Assembly (NCBI GenBank): GCA_030141605.1
Contig: JAQGDQ010000964.1
Span: forward strand, 11,565-75,564
DNA length: 64,000 bases
Direction of reading: 5' to 3'
Origin: Tubiluchus corallicola
Taxonomy: Eukaryota > Animalia > Priapulida
Both the position numbers and the translations under genes were made by a program. Below the pieces are notes generated by a model. It made no database searches. It had not been told where the DNA came from and was given only the letters and a program-made list of their open reading frames with translations. This document shows positions 14,031-25,760 of the stretch, piece by piece. How positions within the stretch are numbered: position 1 is the stretch's first letter; every line of letters begins with the position of its first letter.

Positions 14031-15122
14031 ATGAAGTTTCCTCCTGCCAACTCTTCTGGGCTTGAACTTGTGCGTGAGTTGGACTACGACTTAGGACCAA
14101 TCATGAACGTGTCCAATAAAAGTGGAAGTTTTTCTCCTAGAGATAATCACGGATTTTCCTCAGCTCTTATTGTAACCCTCACAGCATTTTTCTCACTGGG
14201 AGCATTCATCATGGTCTCAAACTTTGTTGTCATTGCTGCCATCTTCAGATACAAAAGACTGCACTCTTTTACCAACTGGTTTGTTGCCAATCTGGCCGTT
14301 ACTGATTTCTGCACTGGCTTCTATATTTACTTGACACATGGGATCGCTTTTTTCTGGTCAGGTTACAGCTCACTGACCATATACGGTTGCCTTTCTTCAT
14401 TTTATTTTGTGACAGTTTTACAAGTGGAATCGCTTATGACATTATTGGTCGTAACCATTGATAGATTCATCGCCATTTCCCTTCCACTTCGCTATCCGAT
14501 GATTGTTAAGTCATGGCTGGTCAAGGCCACTATTATCTGCACGTGGATTTATTCTGCATTTTTGAGCAGTTGGCAGTTCAAAAATTACAGGATCGTTACT
14601 TCAGGCAGGTTTTGTCGTCACGAACTTTTGGTCAATGCTAACGTCATTCGAGCAACATCTGTTCATGGTTTATTAAACATGGCAATCATGACTGCATTAT
14701 ATAGTAAAATCATGATGATCACCAAACGACATTTGAGACAAATAAGATCAGATGGAACTCAGTATCACAGTTATCGTGACAGCATCAAAGCAGCAAAGCT
14801 TATGTTGTACGTTGTTGGATCTTTTATTGCCTGTTGGCTTCCTTATTCAGTTTACACAATTATTGCTGTGAATCCTGGAAGGAAACCTGTAGCAAATCTT
14901 CTGAGAAGGTTTATCTACGTAATAGTGTCTGCCAACTCAGCTGTAAACCCAATTATTTACTGCTGGAAGAATCTCGATTTTCGCAAAGCTATTAAAAACA
15001 TCGTCACCTGTCGGTTTTCAAAGAGTTTGTACAATGCGGATGAATATGTACAAGATACGTCAGCAACAGATAAAAACAGGGCTACAGCAAGTTCTACAAG
15101 AGATGAAAATATTAGGTACTGA
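14031..15122 (+). CDS. Intronless class A GPCR, tandem paralog; copy B
   Basis: 363-aa ORF with the same motifs; 15 amino-acid differences from copy A by manual comparison. Confidence 0.95.
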   Translation: MKFPPANSSGLELVRELDYDLGPIMNVSNKSGSFSPRDNHGFSSALIVTLTAFFSLGAFIMVSNFVVIAAIFRYKRLHSFTNWFVANLAVTDFCTGFYIYLTHGIAFFWSGYSSLTIYGCLSSFYFVTVLQVESLMTLLVVTIDRFIAISLPLRYPMIVKSWLVKATIICTWIYSAFLSSWQFKNYRIVTSGRFCRHELLVNANVIRATSVHGLLNMAIMTALYSKIMMITKRHLRQIRSDGTQYHSYRDSIKAAKLMLYVVGSFIACWLPYSVYTIIAVNPGRKPVANLLRRFIYVIVSANSAVNPIIYCWKNLDFRKAIKNIVTCRFSKSLYNADEYVQDTSATDKNRATASSTRDENIRY

Positions 15123-17564
15123 AATCTGAGTAAAAGGCACAGTTGTGCACAACAGGGGTGAGAAAGATACAGAGAGACAAATCAACAAACAAAAGTAAGC
15201 TGGTTGCTGTCTGCCAAGGATAACTGTTTGACTAGTTAACTTACTGACTAATAATGACTGCCTAACTAATTAATTATAACTAAATGAGTAACTAACATGT
15301 TGTTCACATGACCGTAATGTGTTAGTTTACAGTACACTAAGTTGCAAATAGATATTGAACGCTAACAGCTACCGAATCGTCATTTTAAATGTGCAGACAT
15401 TTGATCTAAATTTAGAATGACAATTATGCTTAAACTAAGAAAACTAGATCATAACTTATAGTAATATTAAATACTGCACATCATGTATACTGTATCAACA
15501 TAAAAAGAAGTAAAAACACCAAAAAAATGTTCTAGTGGTAACTGTGTACTATTTTCACTTCTTGTAAGACGTAATACTTTGTTGAATCAAACTGACTTTC
15601 TGCATAGCCTAGACAATCTTAAAAATGAGGCTAATTATGGCCGAGTTTCTCCAGTTCTTTAGTTTGACATATCATTCGATGTTGTTATTATTCTCGCAGT
15701 TGCTGATTAAAACTTGACAACGAAAAATACTTTATATGTGTCAGAAACTGTATCTATGGCGTAACAATGGAGAAGCTATTATGAAGAGCAATTGTCTGAA
15801 AGTGTTTATTTCAGCTAGAAAACAATATGAGCGGCTTAACAATGACCCATCATCAGATCTTTGGAACTAAGAGAAACTCACAAATTCCATAGAGACAACT
15901 AACATTTTGTTTTCCATGACACGTAGTATTTACTTTTTATCGACGCACGAGAAATCTTTGCCCTTTGTGAAAAACAAAACGTCACTGAATCCTGTGCTCT
16001 CCAAGTCGGATGTGACCATGCGGGCAACGTAAACATTTAGTTTTAACTGCAGATTTGCTATATTAAAGAATTATCTAAATTTTCATGCATTCTTTTTGGT
16101 ATTAGAACATGTGAACTTATTATACGCGCCAACATTTGTTGGACATTTCTCTAGTTCCTAGAATTAATCAAACTTAATGTGCCACTGGTGTTCAAAAAAA
16201 TTCGCATTTCATAATAGATCAAAATTTTGTGAACTTAGCTCTTCGCTGTTTCATTTTGCATAATATCTAATGAAGATATTTACCATACCGGTTACAAAAA
16301 CTTGTCTCTTATTGCTACGAATGAAATTACTGTTGTATTTTACCAAACAGCGGCTCAAAACATTAAAAATTGTAGACGTATAGTATATTGTAAACGAATT
16401 CAGGTAAAAAATCACAGACAAAAAGGTCACAGAAGAAAACGAACAATGAAAACAAATCAGCCTAACCCAATCCCTCATCCTAATCCTAAGTCTGACTTTA
16501 ACCCTAACCCTAACCACTGACTTAACCGTAATTATAGCCAAAATTGATTGTAATTTATTCTTCCTGAGTTTTTTTGCAAGCCAAAATCGTGACTTTTTCC
16601 TGTGACAAATTTATCTCTGAGCTATTGCCTCGATTCGTTCAGAACATACTGTACGCTTACAATTTTTAATGTTTTGTGTTGCTCTTTAATAAATTTGTAA
16701 ACATACTCATGTTATGAGTTAGCACGCCTGGTTTTGTTGATCATGAACATTAATGCTGTAATTAATGTATGTATAATAATGAGTATTAAAAATCGTATTG
16801 TATCTACGGTGTTTCATTTGGCGTGTTTTAACAGGAATTTCTTCAACAGATCTACAGGTTCGTCCAGAAAAAGTCCTCAAATGAACTCGTGCATACAAAT
16901 CTATAGTCGGTTTTAACCACTTATAGTTGGTTTTAACAAAAAAAAATCAGCACAAGTGCTAGTCTTCACCGACAATAAAATACATTAAAATACAGATAAC
17001 AAAACTAATATACAAAAATAATAAAAATAAAAATGAATGATATAGTAAATGAAATGATGAAACGGAAGTACAGTTATTTTGAAATCTACATTGAAGTTGA
17101 GGTGCAGGCTAAACAATGAAAAACATAATCTTGAGAAAAGCGCTGTTAAAGTCAGCCATTGTTCTTTGTCGCACACACAGCACACATAGCCACACAAGCC
17201 AATCTGCTTTATCTGTTTAAAGTGCCATTTTATAGTGTTATTTCAGATTGATTTTCTCATTGTATGTTTATTTGGTCCCTAGATATCTTGTTACAAATTT
17301 AATTAAAAGGGTGACTGATTTGCTAACCTCTAGGGTTTTTTCGCCACCCTTTTTCTATTGCTAACAATTTATTTTTGCTATGTAATTGTTTTTGCGTGTA
17401 TTACAAGAGATAAATAAAATTATCAATCTATCTGTTGTGTTTCTGTAAAGCATGTAGCAACCGTACAAATATTGGTTACGGATTTTGCGAGAAAATATTG
17501 AAGTTATGGTTAAATCCAGTAGATGGCTCTTCCTTATAAAAATCTGGGCTTAGAAACCGTTTTA

Positions 17565-18041
17565 CATTATTATGATATATTATGACTCCATTATGCTTTC
17601 GCTTGCTTAAGTCTAAGAATTATGCTTGTGTTATAAAGTAAATTTCAGTTGCCATTGTTATTATGTTTCCGTTGTCAGATTTTTATTTCAGTTCTTGTTT
17701 CAGTTTTTATTTCAGTTCAGTTTTATTTCAGTCATTTTCAGTTTGATTTTTTTTATTATGCACCTATTACATGTATTACTGTGTATGAATTGTACTAACA
17801 CGTTATAAGCATATCAATTTATTTAATGTCATTCGTAACAATTAAATTTTTATTATAAGCAGTACTAACACTAATACACTGTAGCATAGCGCCTATAAAA
17901 TGTTCACCACTAACCAAAGGGCAGCTGACTAGATGACCAATTGGTCTTTCGCTGCCCTTTCTTCACATTTTTGTTTCCAAATTAATTGTATTATAACTGT
18001 GCGTGTGTTACAAGATAAATAAAAATATTATTATTATTATT
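17565..18041 (+). mobile_element. Probable retroelement 3' end with (TAT)n tail
   Basis: Highly similar inverted copy at ~50085-50475; shared gctgactagatgacc..ttggtc motif also near 26900 and 55165; AATAAA then tattattat. Confidence 0.6.
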
Positions 18042-18299
18042 GGTAACAGAAAAAACCCGAAGCAAAATGACTGCTTTAACGAGCTATTGTCGAAGTTTGA
18101 AAATGGGAATTTTTACCATTGGCAGTGCTAGTTTCTAGTCAGAGAAGTGAGTACAGAATGATTAAATTTTTAGCATTTTTGAACATTTTCTTGATAACTT
18201 GACGCTACAATATTAAAAGTGCAATACATTTATTTGGTATTTGTTTTTATAAAAAATATAAAAAATTACATTTGACCAAATTCTTGGCGCACTCTACTT

Positions 18300-18525
18300 T
18301 GAAGCATCAGGCCTCTGTGCAATACATTTATATCTGCTTCCTGCATTGTAGTTAAGCCCCACATTTCACTGTTGTACATGGAGATACTAGTTAGGTAGAT
18401 ACTGAAGAGTCGGTGGTTTGCTTTGAGGGATAGTTTCTTGTTGATTAGAATTGATTTAGTTTGTATGAAACCGTACATTGCCAAGTGTGCCCGATTTTCC
18501 ATATCATCTTCTGTGTTAAGGATAG
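18300..18525 (-). mobile_element. Decayed RTE-like LINE reverse transcriptase fragment
   Basis: ILINKKLSLKANHRLFSIYLTSISMYNSEMWGLT..INVLHR resembles the RT thumb-region motif L..YxxExWxL. Confidence 0.65.
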
Positions 18526-21491
18526 ATCTCCATCCCGTGATATGTTTTTGTAGTGTTAACTTTGCAATTTCTTTTCTCTAGTGATTTAGTCATTCTTTTT
18601 TCACGACATCTGTGCAGAATTTTGACATACTTATCTAATAATTGCTTTACCAATCGTGATATTTCTCATTGGTTAAGCTGACTAGAGTACCTATATGTTG
18701 TTTAATATATAGGTACTCTAAAGCTGACTATTCTGTAGTGCCATCTGTCGGTAAAGAGAGAAATTTTTTGCAATATAAATGACAATTTAACAGAGAACGT
18801 AGTTAGGATATTATTATTATTATTATTATAAACATTATCAAGAATTTTTTTTATAAAAAACTTTGAAACTGATTAAATCACCTTCTCAACAGACCAAGAT
18901 TTCTTAACTTTCAATTAGAGAATCATTCCTTCCCACTAAATTTTTCTGATTGTAGCACAACTTGCTTAATCACTATGTTGGGAGCTAGTAGATTTTTATG
19001 GTGGGGCTGCAACTGTTTACCTCCCAACTCATCCACAAATCTGACCAACTTGTTGCATCAAAACAAAAGGGTTGGGCAACATACATGGGCGGTTGTTGTT
19101 GTTGTTGTCCTGCAATTTCCCCGAGGGCAACAAGGCGTATGAACAAGAAAATCAACTTCACAGGTCTAAAAAATTAATGTCTTTTTTTAGAGAAAAGTTG
19201 CAATGTAGGAGGACTCACTTGAAAAACCAGTGGGTCTCAGGCTTGATGTTACGTTTTATGGGGGTCTACTTGGGCAATATGGTTTTCCACGTTGACAGTG
19301 ACATACATAGCTTTCAAGCATTCCAACAATAAAATCTCATATGAAATGGAGGAAACATCATGATTACTTTTATTTACTTACTAGTTTGTTTAGATAAATC
19401 AGAACATCGTATTATCACAACTTTCAATAACGGTTAAGGTCAGTTTCTGGTCTTAACATGTAGGTGGCAGCACCTATGTGAATTTACTTGTAAAGTTGTA
19501 GATTATTTGGAGCATCACTAACACGCTTACAGAAGCCTCAGTAAACGTTTTCAATTATTTATAGTGTCTCTACCTGATTTGCTGTAAATGAGTATGGTGT
19601 TCCAAGAATGTTATTAAGTTGTTATAGCCGCACAATGTGAGTAATATTTATTTTGTTTTGTCATAATAATTCTAATCTAATTATTAGATATTTGCACATT
19701 TATAAGCAGTGAAAGCAACCGAGTTTATTGTTTTCGTTATTTTTTTATTCAGAAATAAGGATTTCTGAGAAAACCATATGCTATGAGGGAAGTTATTTCC
19801 ATGTTCCCATCACAATAACTGTTTACCAAAGGGCGGTTAACAATAACAAAAATGACAAAGTAATAAGAAAACAAAATGTCTACTTGTCAGTTAACCTTTC
19901 CCCTGAGAGGACAAGGACATGGACATGTGAGAGGAGTCCGCTGACATAGCTCGCTCTAGAGTCAGTTCACAGCAAAACATCAACAACTTCAGTCTATGAC
20001 CATAATAATCAAAGGTGATGACGTCGACTGCAGCACCAAATAAACATGAATTAAGGAATGGCTCACAAATCTTCCTGGTTGACTCAAGATATGTTCCCAA
20101 TGTCTGGATACTGGTGGCTAGTCACACCTCTCTGTGCAGTTTAGAATTAGGCACATCGTAGAGAGTTCCAACATATCACCAGTGAGAATAAAGCTCCATC
20201 CACAACATCAAAATTGAAGTAGTTTGGTAACATCACTGATAGTCTCTTTATGTTAGATCAGTCAAACAGCCGATGTGCACAAGTTAGTGTGATTCAGAGA
20301 CTCTTATAACCAAGTTTAGGATTTTTAACCATTTTTTGTAAAATAAAGTTGAAGTTTCAAAGTTAAAACATTTTAGCTGCTTTATGATTCAGCGGTTCCA
20401 CTGTACTGTCCTGGATATCTGTGTCATGCGCTTTCCACGATCATGTTATGCATGGATAGGTTATAGCATATTATGAAACGAGGGATGATACACAGACTAT
20501 ACTCTAGTTTAGCTATGTGTAAAAACCTTACAAAGTGGATACGCCTATAGGAAAATTACATACAAGGAAAGAGAAATTACAGTACTTCTATGTTTAAGAA
20601 TAAAGTTTTTTCATTTGAAACAAGTTGAAGAATCAAATGAACGCACGAAAGCAATATGAAATTAGAAAGTCGGAAAAAGTTCACTCCACTGGGATTCGAA
20701 CCCAGGCCTTCGAACTGCTTTTGCCTTTAACTGTAACCGAGCAATTATGCACGAGAGCTATTCTCGGTTTAAATCATCTCTGGATGTATGTGACAAACTG
20801 ACTAACCAAACTACAGTTTGCTAGCCCTAATGTTATGTATTATACTGATATGATTCTGGTTTTTTTTCAAAATACGATTTTATAGGAACACCCAAAATTT
20901 TGTTGATATAATAATTATACAGTTATTTTAAAAATAAACATATTTCTTCATATTATAAAGCTTAAGGTAAAAAGAATAAAAAACTGACTTGCACTAAATT
21001 GCACTGATTTGTACATGCACTAAAAATTACAAAATATATATGAAACTAACGAAAAAGCATCTCGGAAAATTTTTAGATAGACAAAATGTATTATACTCTA
21101 TAAAGCTAATTTACAATTGCTTAAAATACTGAACACTGACTAATTTCTACAGCTAAATCTTTTTGGTCTCCTATTTATAATAGTGGTAGTGATAGTAGTA
21201 GTGGTAGTGGTAGCGGCAGTGGCAACAGCAGCAGCAGTAGTAGTTTACTGACCTACAGCATACAGCAACTACATACCTTCCACTATGATCACAGATAATT
21301 AGGAAACATTTCAATTTTGCTGCATTCTTTACATTGTGGGTTATAATTGAACTTATTTTATTAGCAAAAAAATATATTCTACAATCAATAAAAGAATCGC
21401 CCTAAATGGAAAATTATCAAACAAATAACCAAGCCTATCTATAATTCACTATTATCGGTTAAATTAGTATTACATCACAGACTATGGCTAC

Positions 21492-21831
21492 CAGGACCTA
21501 TTTCAGCCTAAAAGAGGCCCGGGGAAGTGGGGCCCCCTGGGGGAAAATTTTCGTACTGCAAGAATGCTGGGGAAACATTTTTGAAGAGAAAATATGGAGT
21601 TATACAGTTGTTAAAGGAAAGAACAATTGAAAGAAAAACTGCTTTATTCCCAAGACCAGTCCTTAATACTTGTCAATACTGCGCGTGTGCGACAAGAGAG
21701 AGGAGGCAGTATGTTCGAATAAAGCAAAAAAATGTTTATGTTTTATGTTACCTTGGCGCGAGGCACCCTGGAGGGTGAGGCCCCGGGGAAGTATCTCCAC
21801 TTCTCCCCCTCCCCCCCTGAAATAGGCCCTG
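21492..21831. mobile_element. hAT-like MITE
   Basis: TIRs caggacctatttcag / ctgaaataggccctg; 8-bp TSD atggctac/atgactac. Confidence 0.8.
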
Positions 21832-24681
21832 ATGACTACAACCTATCTGAAATGCTCTAAAATTTTAAAACAAATAACAAAGCAGTTTTCATTGCCGAAT
21901 AAATGCTTGTGAAACTCTTTGCTGCATACAGTAGTTACAAGACCGGCTCTACCAGAAAGCTGCTCATGCTTGTGTCACCAAATTCTACATGTAATTCTGT
22001 AATTTTACATTTCGTCATAAATAATAATGTAGCAGCCTGTATGTGTAATTGTTTTGGTGCATAACACTTTAATATAATCCTCCTTTGTTCTTAGCTTATA
22101 TTGTTTCCTTAGAGCAGCACAGCTAAGTAAGTTTTAATAGATAATTCAGTTAACAGAAAGTTTCTTGCAATAGCATTTGTATAATTAATGCAAAATTAGA
22201 AGAAATTGAAGCTTTGTTGAGTCTAAAACAGGATACAAAGGGTTAACAGGATTTAGGTGCAATCTAGAATTCCAGAGTTTTTTTTCACAGAAAACTTCAC
22301 GAAGTCAAACTGGTACATACAACACAATTATGTTTGTTTATCAATTAAGCATCTATGCAGTAGCTTCTCAATAATCTTAGAAAGTATTGGCACAATTGAT
22401 TCATTGGTAGTTAAAAAATAAGTTACATATTTAAAATAAAATGAAATTAGTTATATATTATAGGTAAAAATCAATGATTTTTTTTATCAATCAATATAAT
22501 CATTTTACTATTGCTATTAATGCAAAACTTTTATTCCTCTTGATGAGGGTTGGCTTGGCTAATTAAATTTATTAATGATTTGTGTTTTACTTTAAATAAT
22601 TTATTGTATGCTTTCCCAAGCACCACACAATATTGTCATTACAATTATGATCACAACCTTGTGAGTATCTTAACGAACAATATATTCAGAAAATATAGTA
22701 TCGTTACCACTTTGGAACATAACAATGTGCGCCAGTTAATAGAAAAGGCTTTTCACAATGTCTTAACTTAACTAAAATGTTTTATTGAACAAGAAACACG
22801 ATAAAGTGTCCGAAGACAATTAAGAGATGAAGTTTCACCAGCAAAAACTACGGAGCTCACAGCAATAAGGGAAATCAAATATGCGTCTAATTTCGCACAC
22901 ACCTTAATGCCAATTACATTGGCGATGGGATATTTTTTTTCAATATGAGTTCCATGTGCTTATAGTAGACAACTTAACTGCAGGAACTGAATTATTGTTG
23001 TACACGTAGCTTCGAAACAAATAGTATAAATAAAGATTACACTCTACATACTTTAACGTTTTCAGTGTTTCAACAATTTTGCATAAAAACTAAGTTCAGC
23101 AATTCTTCTGGAGTATTTCATTAGGATCTGTTGTATAGTTCTCTTATTGTTTGCAAATTTTTAGCTGTTTTTCTCTACAGTTTTGTTTCTGTAATGTACA
23201 GCCTGCATAAATTAGTTGAAGTAGTGAATTTTAATAATCCAGTTTCACCATAAGAAGTTATCGTGAAACCTGTCTTGTATTCACTAATGTAAAACAAATC
23301 ACATGTAGATGTTGTTATCATTAACAAATATTTATTTATCACCAAACAATTACATCAACTATAATATTCATTACAATAATTTAAGCTTACACAAGTCACA
23401 GTTAGTGAAATTTACAAACATAATAATACATAACAAGAATGATATAGAAACGTATTATAATATGTATTTATTTTTAACGTATTTACACAATAAATATTAA
23501 TAATAAGAATTATTAATAATAAATTAATATAGCACCACATAATTACGTTTTCTCTACTTTTTACTAAATTATTTTCATTGCTCAAACAAACAGTTTAGAC
23601 AATAATAAAAACTAGAAATACAATTTGACATCTTTAACTTTAATTTTAGCTATCTTTTACTACAAGTTAATTTAGTCGGGCACACTACACTATAATGTGA
23701 AATTATGGCAAGTTCCCCCCTATTCCGTGCTGAGGGATATAGCTAAGCGGTCACAGTGTCTCTTAATGATCAAACTTATAGCAATACCAAGCCTGGTCAC
23801 TAAATGGATGAATGTCTGCATGGAAAACTAAGCTCCACGTTATTTAAATAGTTACCCTAGACATTTACTTGTTAAGAGAATATATGAGGCTGATTAAGAC
23901 ACTTCAATCATTTCAGTGCCTCACAATCATGCTACTAGAATAGCTCTGAGGTAGCAAATGGCAGGTTGCGGGTTCAATTCCCCCGAGTAATAACAAATAC
24001 TTGAAACATGATAAATTTCTTTTTTTGTAATCAGTTTTCTGCAATGCAAATAAACTTTCCAAGTATTGATGATTCAAAACATCATAAACCAGTTTCTTTA
24101 GTAAAATTTACCTAGACAAATCGTGCTTAAAAGTCAAGAAAAAGACAGTAAAAATCAAGTTTCAGAAAACAAGCATTAAAAAGTTATATCACCTAAGTAT
24201 AATCTTACATGAACAAAGTACTCACGTTTTCATCTTTACTCCAATTTTTGTAAAATATTTCAACCACTGCAGAAAATGTTGGTACAGACATGTTGTATTT
24301 AGTCCGCCAATAGAAAAGCCAGCATGTGACTGACCACGTGACATGACATCACACGTACTACCCTCATATAGGCTCTTGTTTACAAACATTGGTAATGTTA
24401 ACTTTTTAGCCGGTTGTAACATAGGCAAAACTTTTTGCATCACAAACCACTTTAAAGACCACTTTTCGTGTCCTTTATAGCAACTTGTGCATCAAATTTT
24501 TCTGTCTTCATCAAAAACTTCCAACAGTATTAAATATTCAATGAAGGTGCTATCTATCACAGACGAAAACACAGAGTAACTGCTTAGTAACTTCATAAAA
24601 AATTTCAAAGTTAACTATTTTGTTAAACATAAAAAACTGTTACAGATGAATTAATTGGGAGTGCAATAAAGCAACCTCAGA

Positions 24682-25760
24682 TCACAGCATGTCAAAATAA
24701 TCATCAAAATCTACGTCAATATCGGAAGCTTGCACGCCATCTTGCCGCTTTTGTGTTCTCAACGACGGCAGGTAATTCTCGGCAATATAAGCAAATATAT
24801 TGTACTCTGCGCTTTCGTACGTCTTAGTTTTCATAACGGAGTGATACGCCGCGATGATAATGGCTTGAAAGAAGTGCATGACGTAAATCAAAGAGAAGCT
24901 GATGAACACGCAGAAGAAAATAGATCCCAGGTAACTCTGGGGTTCGGCAAGCATCTCCAGCTGCCCAACTCTAACAACGAGATTGAACAAGGTCATCATG
25001 GAGGCGAAGAAACCGTTAAAGTCTCTGTACTTGAAGCCGAACACGAGCATGCCGAATACGGCAAACGGTAACAAGTTTAACAAGAGCAGAATAAGGTAGT
25101 GACGAAGGGGCAACATCGACGTAGACAGACTGACAAAGTAACTGGACATCACACGGTTGAACATCATCATGCGAATAAGCTTTATCGCAATTATAAACAC
25201 AAGAAACGCCAGGATGTATTTCAACGTAAAATCCCAAAAGGCGGCTTCGTAAAAGTTTAGAAACCGAGAATTCTTCTGCGCGGAGTATTTCTCTAGCAAG
25301 CGGTCAACGATGACCAGTCTTTTGATGAACAGAGCCACGGCTGTGATGGACAAAATCAAGATACTGAGCTCGACGATGTTCTTAAAGCGAAAGAAGTAGG
25401 ACAGCCGCTGTTTAAAAACTGCCTTCATCTCTCTGTAGGCGTAGAACAACATGAAAATGATAAACAAGATCTCGGCGCTCATGATAAACCACTCAACGAC
25501 TTGCACGTAGCTGATGAGGTTGAGCGTGTAGATCGCATAAGATGGGAATATCTTTCCCATTTGGCTGAACTCCAGTAGTAGTATGGCAATGCTGAAAAGA
25601 TTCGTGTTGGAGTTGAATAAGGTAAATTCGATCATTATCGCTCTTGTACGATCGTCTATCCAACGCGAGTCGATCAGCAAACCAGTGATGTCTTTGTTTA
25701 CGACGATGTCCTCCGTAAACTCTCTCACGTAACCGCCGCCACTGTATAGCGCAAACTTGC
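24682..25760 (-). CDS. PKD1-like terminal exon (rest of TOP, channel helices, short tail)
   Basis: atttcag acceptor; [34 protein letters not shown]; TGA at 24682-24684. Confidence 0.95.

Noticed and set aside
23930-23990. tRNA-like B-box (ggttcaattcc); similar site near 20690
   Set aside because: No full cloverleaf; at most SINE remnants.
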